DNA of 64,000 bases, from assembly GCF_036321535.1 (NCBI RefSeq), contig NC_087436.1, positions 51,586,001-51,650,000 of the forward strand, in the 5' to 3' direction. Positions 63,570-64,000 of this stretch are shown piece by piece; positions within the stretch are counted from its first letter, which is position 1; each line of letters starts with the position of its first letter. Origin of the DNA: Camelus dromedarius (taxonomy: Eukaryota). The notes beneath the pieces were generated by a model that worked only from the letters and a program-made list of their open reading frames with translations, was not told the DNA's origin and did not search any database. Both the position numbers and the translations under genes were made by a program.

Positions 63570-64000
63570 TAAATTTGACTACAATTTGTTTTCTGTGACT
63601 TTATTCTGTTTCTGCTTCTTGATGTTTACTGCACTTCTTGGATCTGCGGGTTTATAGATTTAATAACATTTGGAAATGTTCCAGCATCTCATAATCTCTA
63701 CATTTTTCTGACTCCCGTTCTCCCAACCCCTCTTCTGGGACGCAAGTTACATACATGGTAGACGACCTGATATTGTCCCTTAGGTCACTGAGACTCTCAT
63801 CTTAATTTTTTGTTATACTTTTCTTTGTACCTGATTTTTGATGATTTCTCTTGCAAAGTTTTCAGAGTCCCTCTTGTCCACCCGTTCTCGGTGGTGCCCA
63901 GGACAAGTCAACTGCTTTGTACTGGGATTCGGCTCTTCCCCGTACCTATCTACTCTTTTTAATTTGTGAAAAAGGGACTCAAGTTCAGATTAGAAAAGAC
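63570..64000 (-). mobile_element. Old L1 ORF1-region fragment, continuous with 62580-62757
   Basis: CTTCTTGGATCTG...TTTGGAAATGTTCCAGC...CCTTCTGGGAC-like TCTTCTGGGACGCAAGTTACA...TCACTGAGACTCT. Confidence 0.65.

Noticed and set aside
1..64000. Prokaryotic-style systems (CRISPR arrays, operons, defence loci) or an intact endogenous viral gene
   Set aside because: The window is mammalian intronic/intergenic DNA, with no regularly spaced repeat array and no long intact viral ORF.

Overview
AT-rich, repeat-dense mammalian genomic DNA, most likely from a camelid (alpaca/llama/camel), judged from two vic-1-like tRNA-derived SINEs and an artiodactyl-type L1 3' end. The only host coding sequence I can support is the 70-nt first coding exon of BANK1 (B-cell scaffold protein with ankyrin repeats 1) on the minus strand at 32005-32074, inside a CpG island (~31760-32330). 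Positions 1-32004 are intron 1; exon 2 is not in the window. Positions above ~32350 are upstream intergenic DNA made mostly of L1, L2, MIR, MaLR/ERVL LTRs, a MER41-like LTR and a SINE; hAT MER elements lie in the intron. Apart from one L1 ORF2 remnant, the other ORFs in the track look spurious. I found no evidence of a wholly new biological system. The most interesting observations are: B-cell-type motif clusters (perfect ETS-IRF composite elements at the promoter and in intron 1), a candidate alternative first exon, a G-quadruplex just after the start codon, and several small retro-insertions carrying non-repeat polyadenylated sequence between target-site duplications (TSDs). Repeat family names and comparisons with human BANK1 are from recall, not database searches; repeat boundaries are approximate unless a TSD is quoted.
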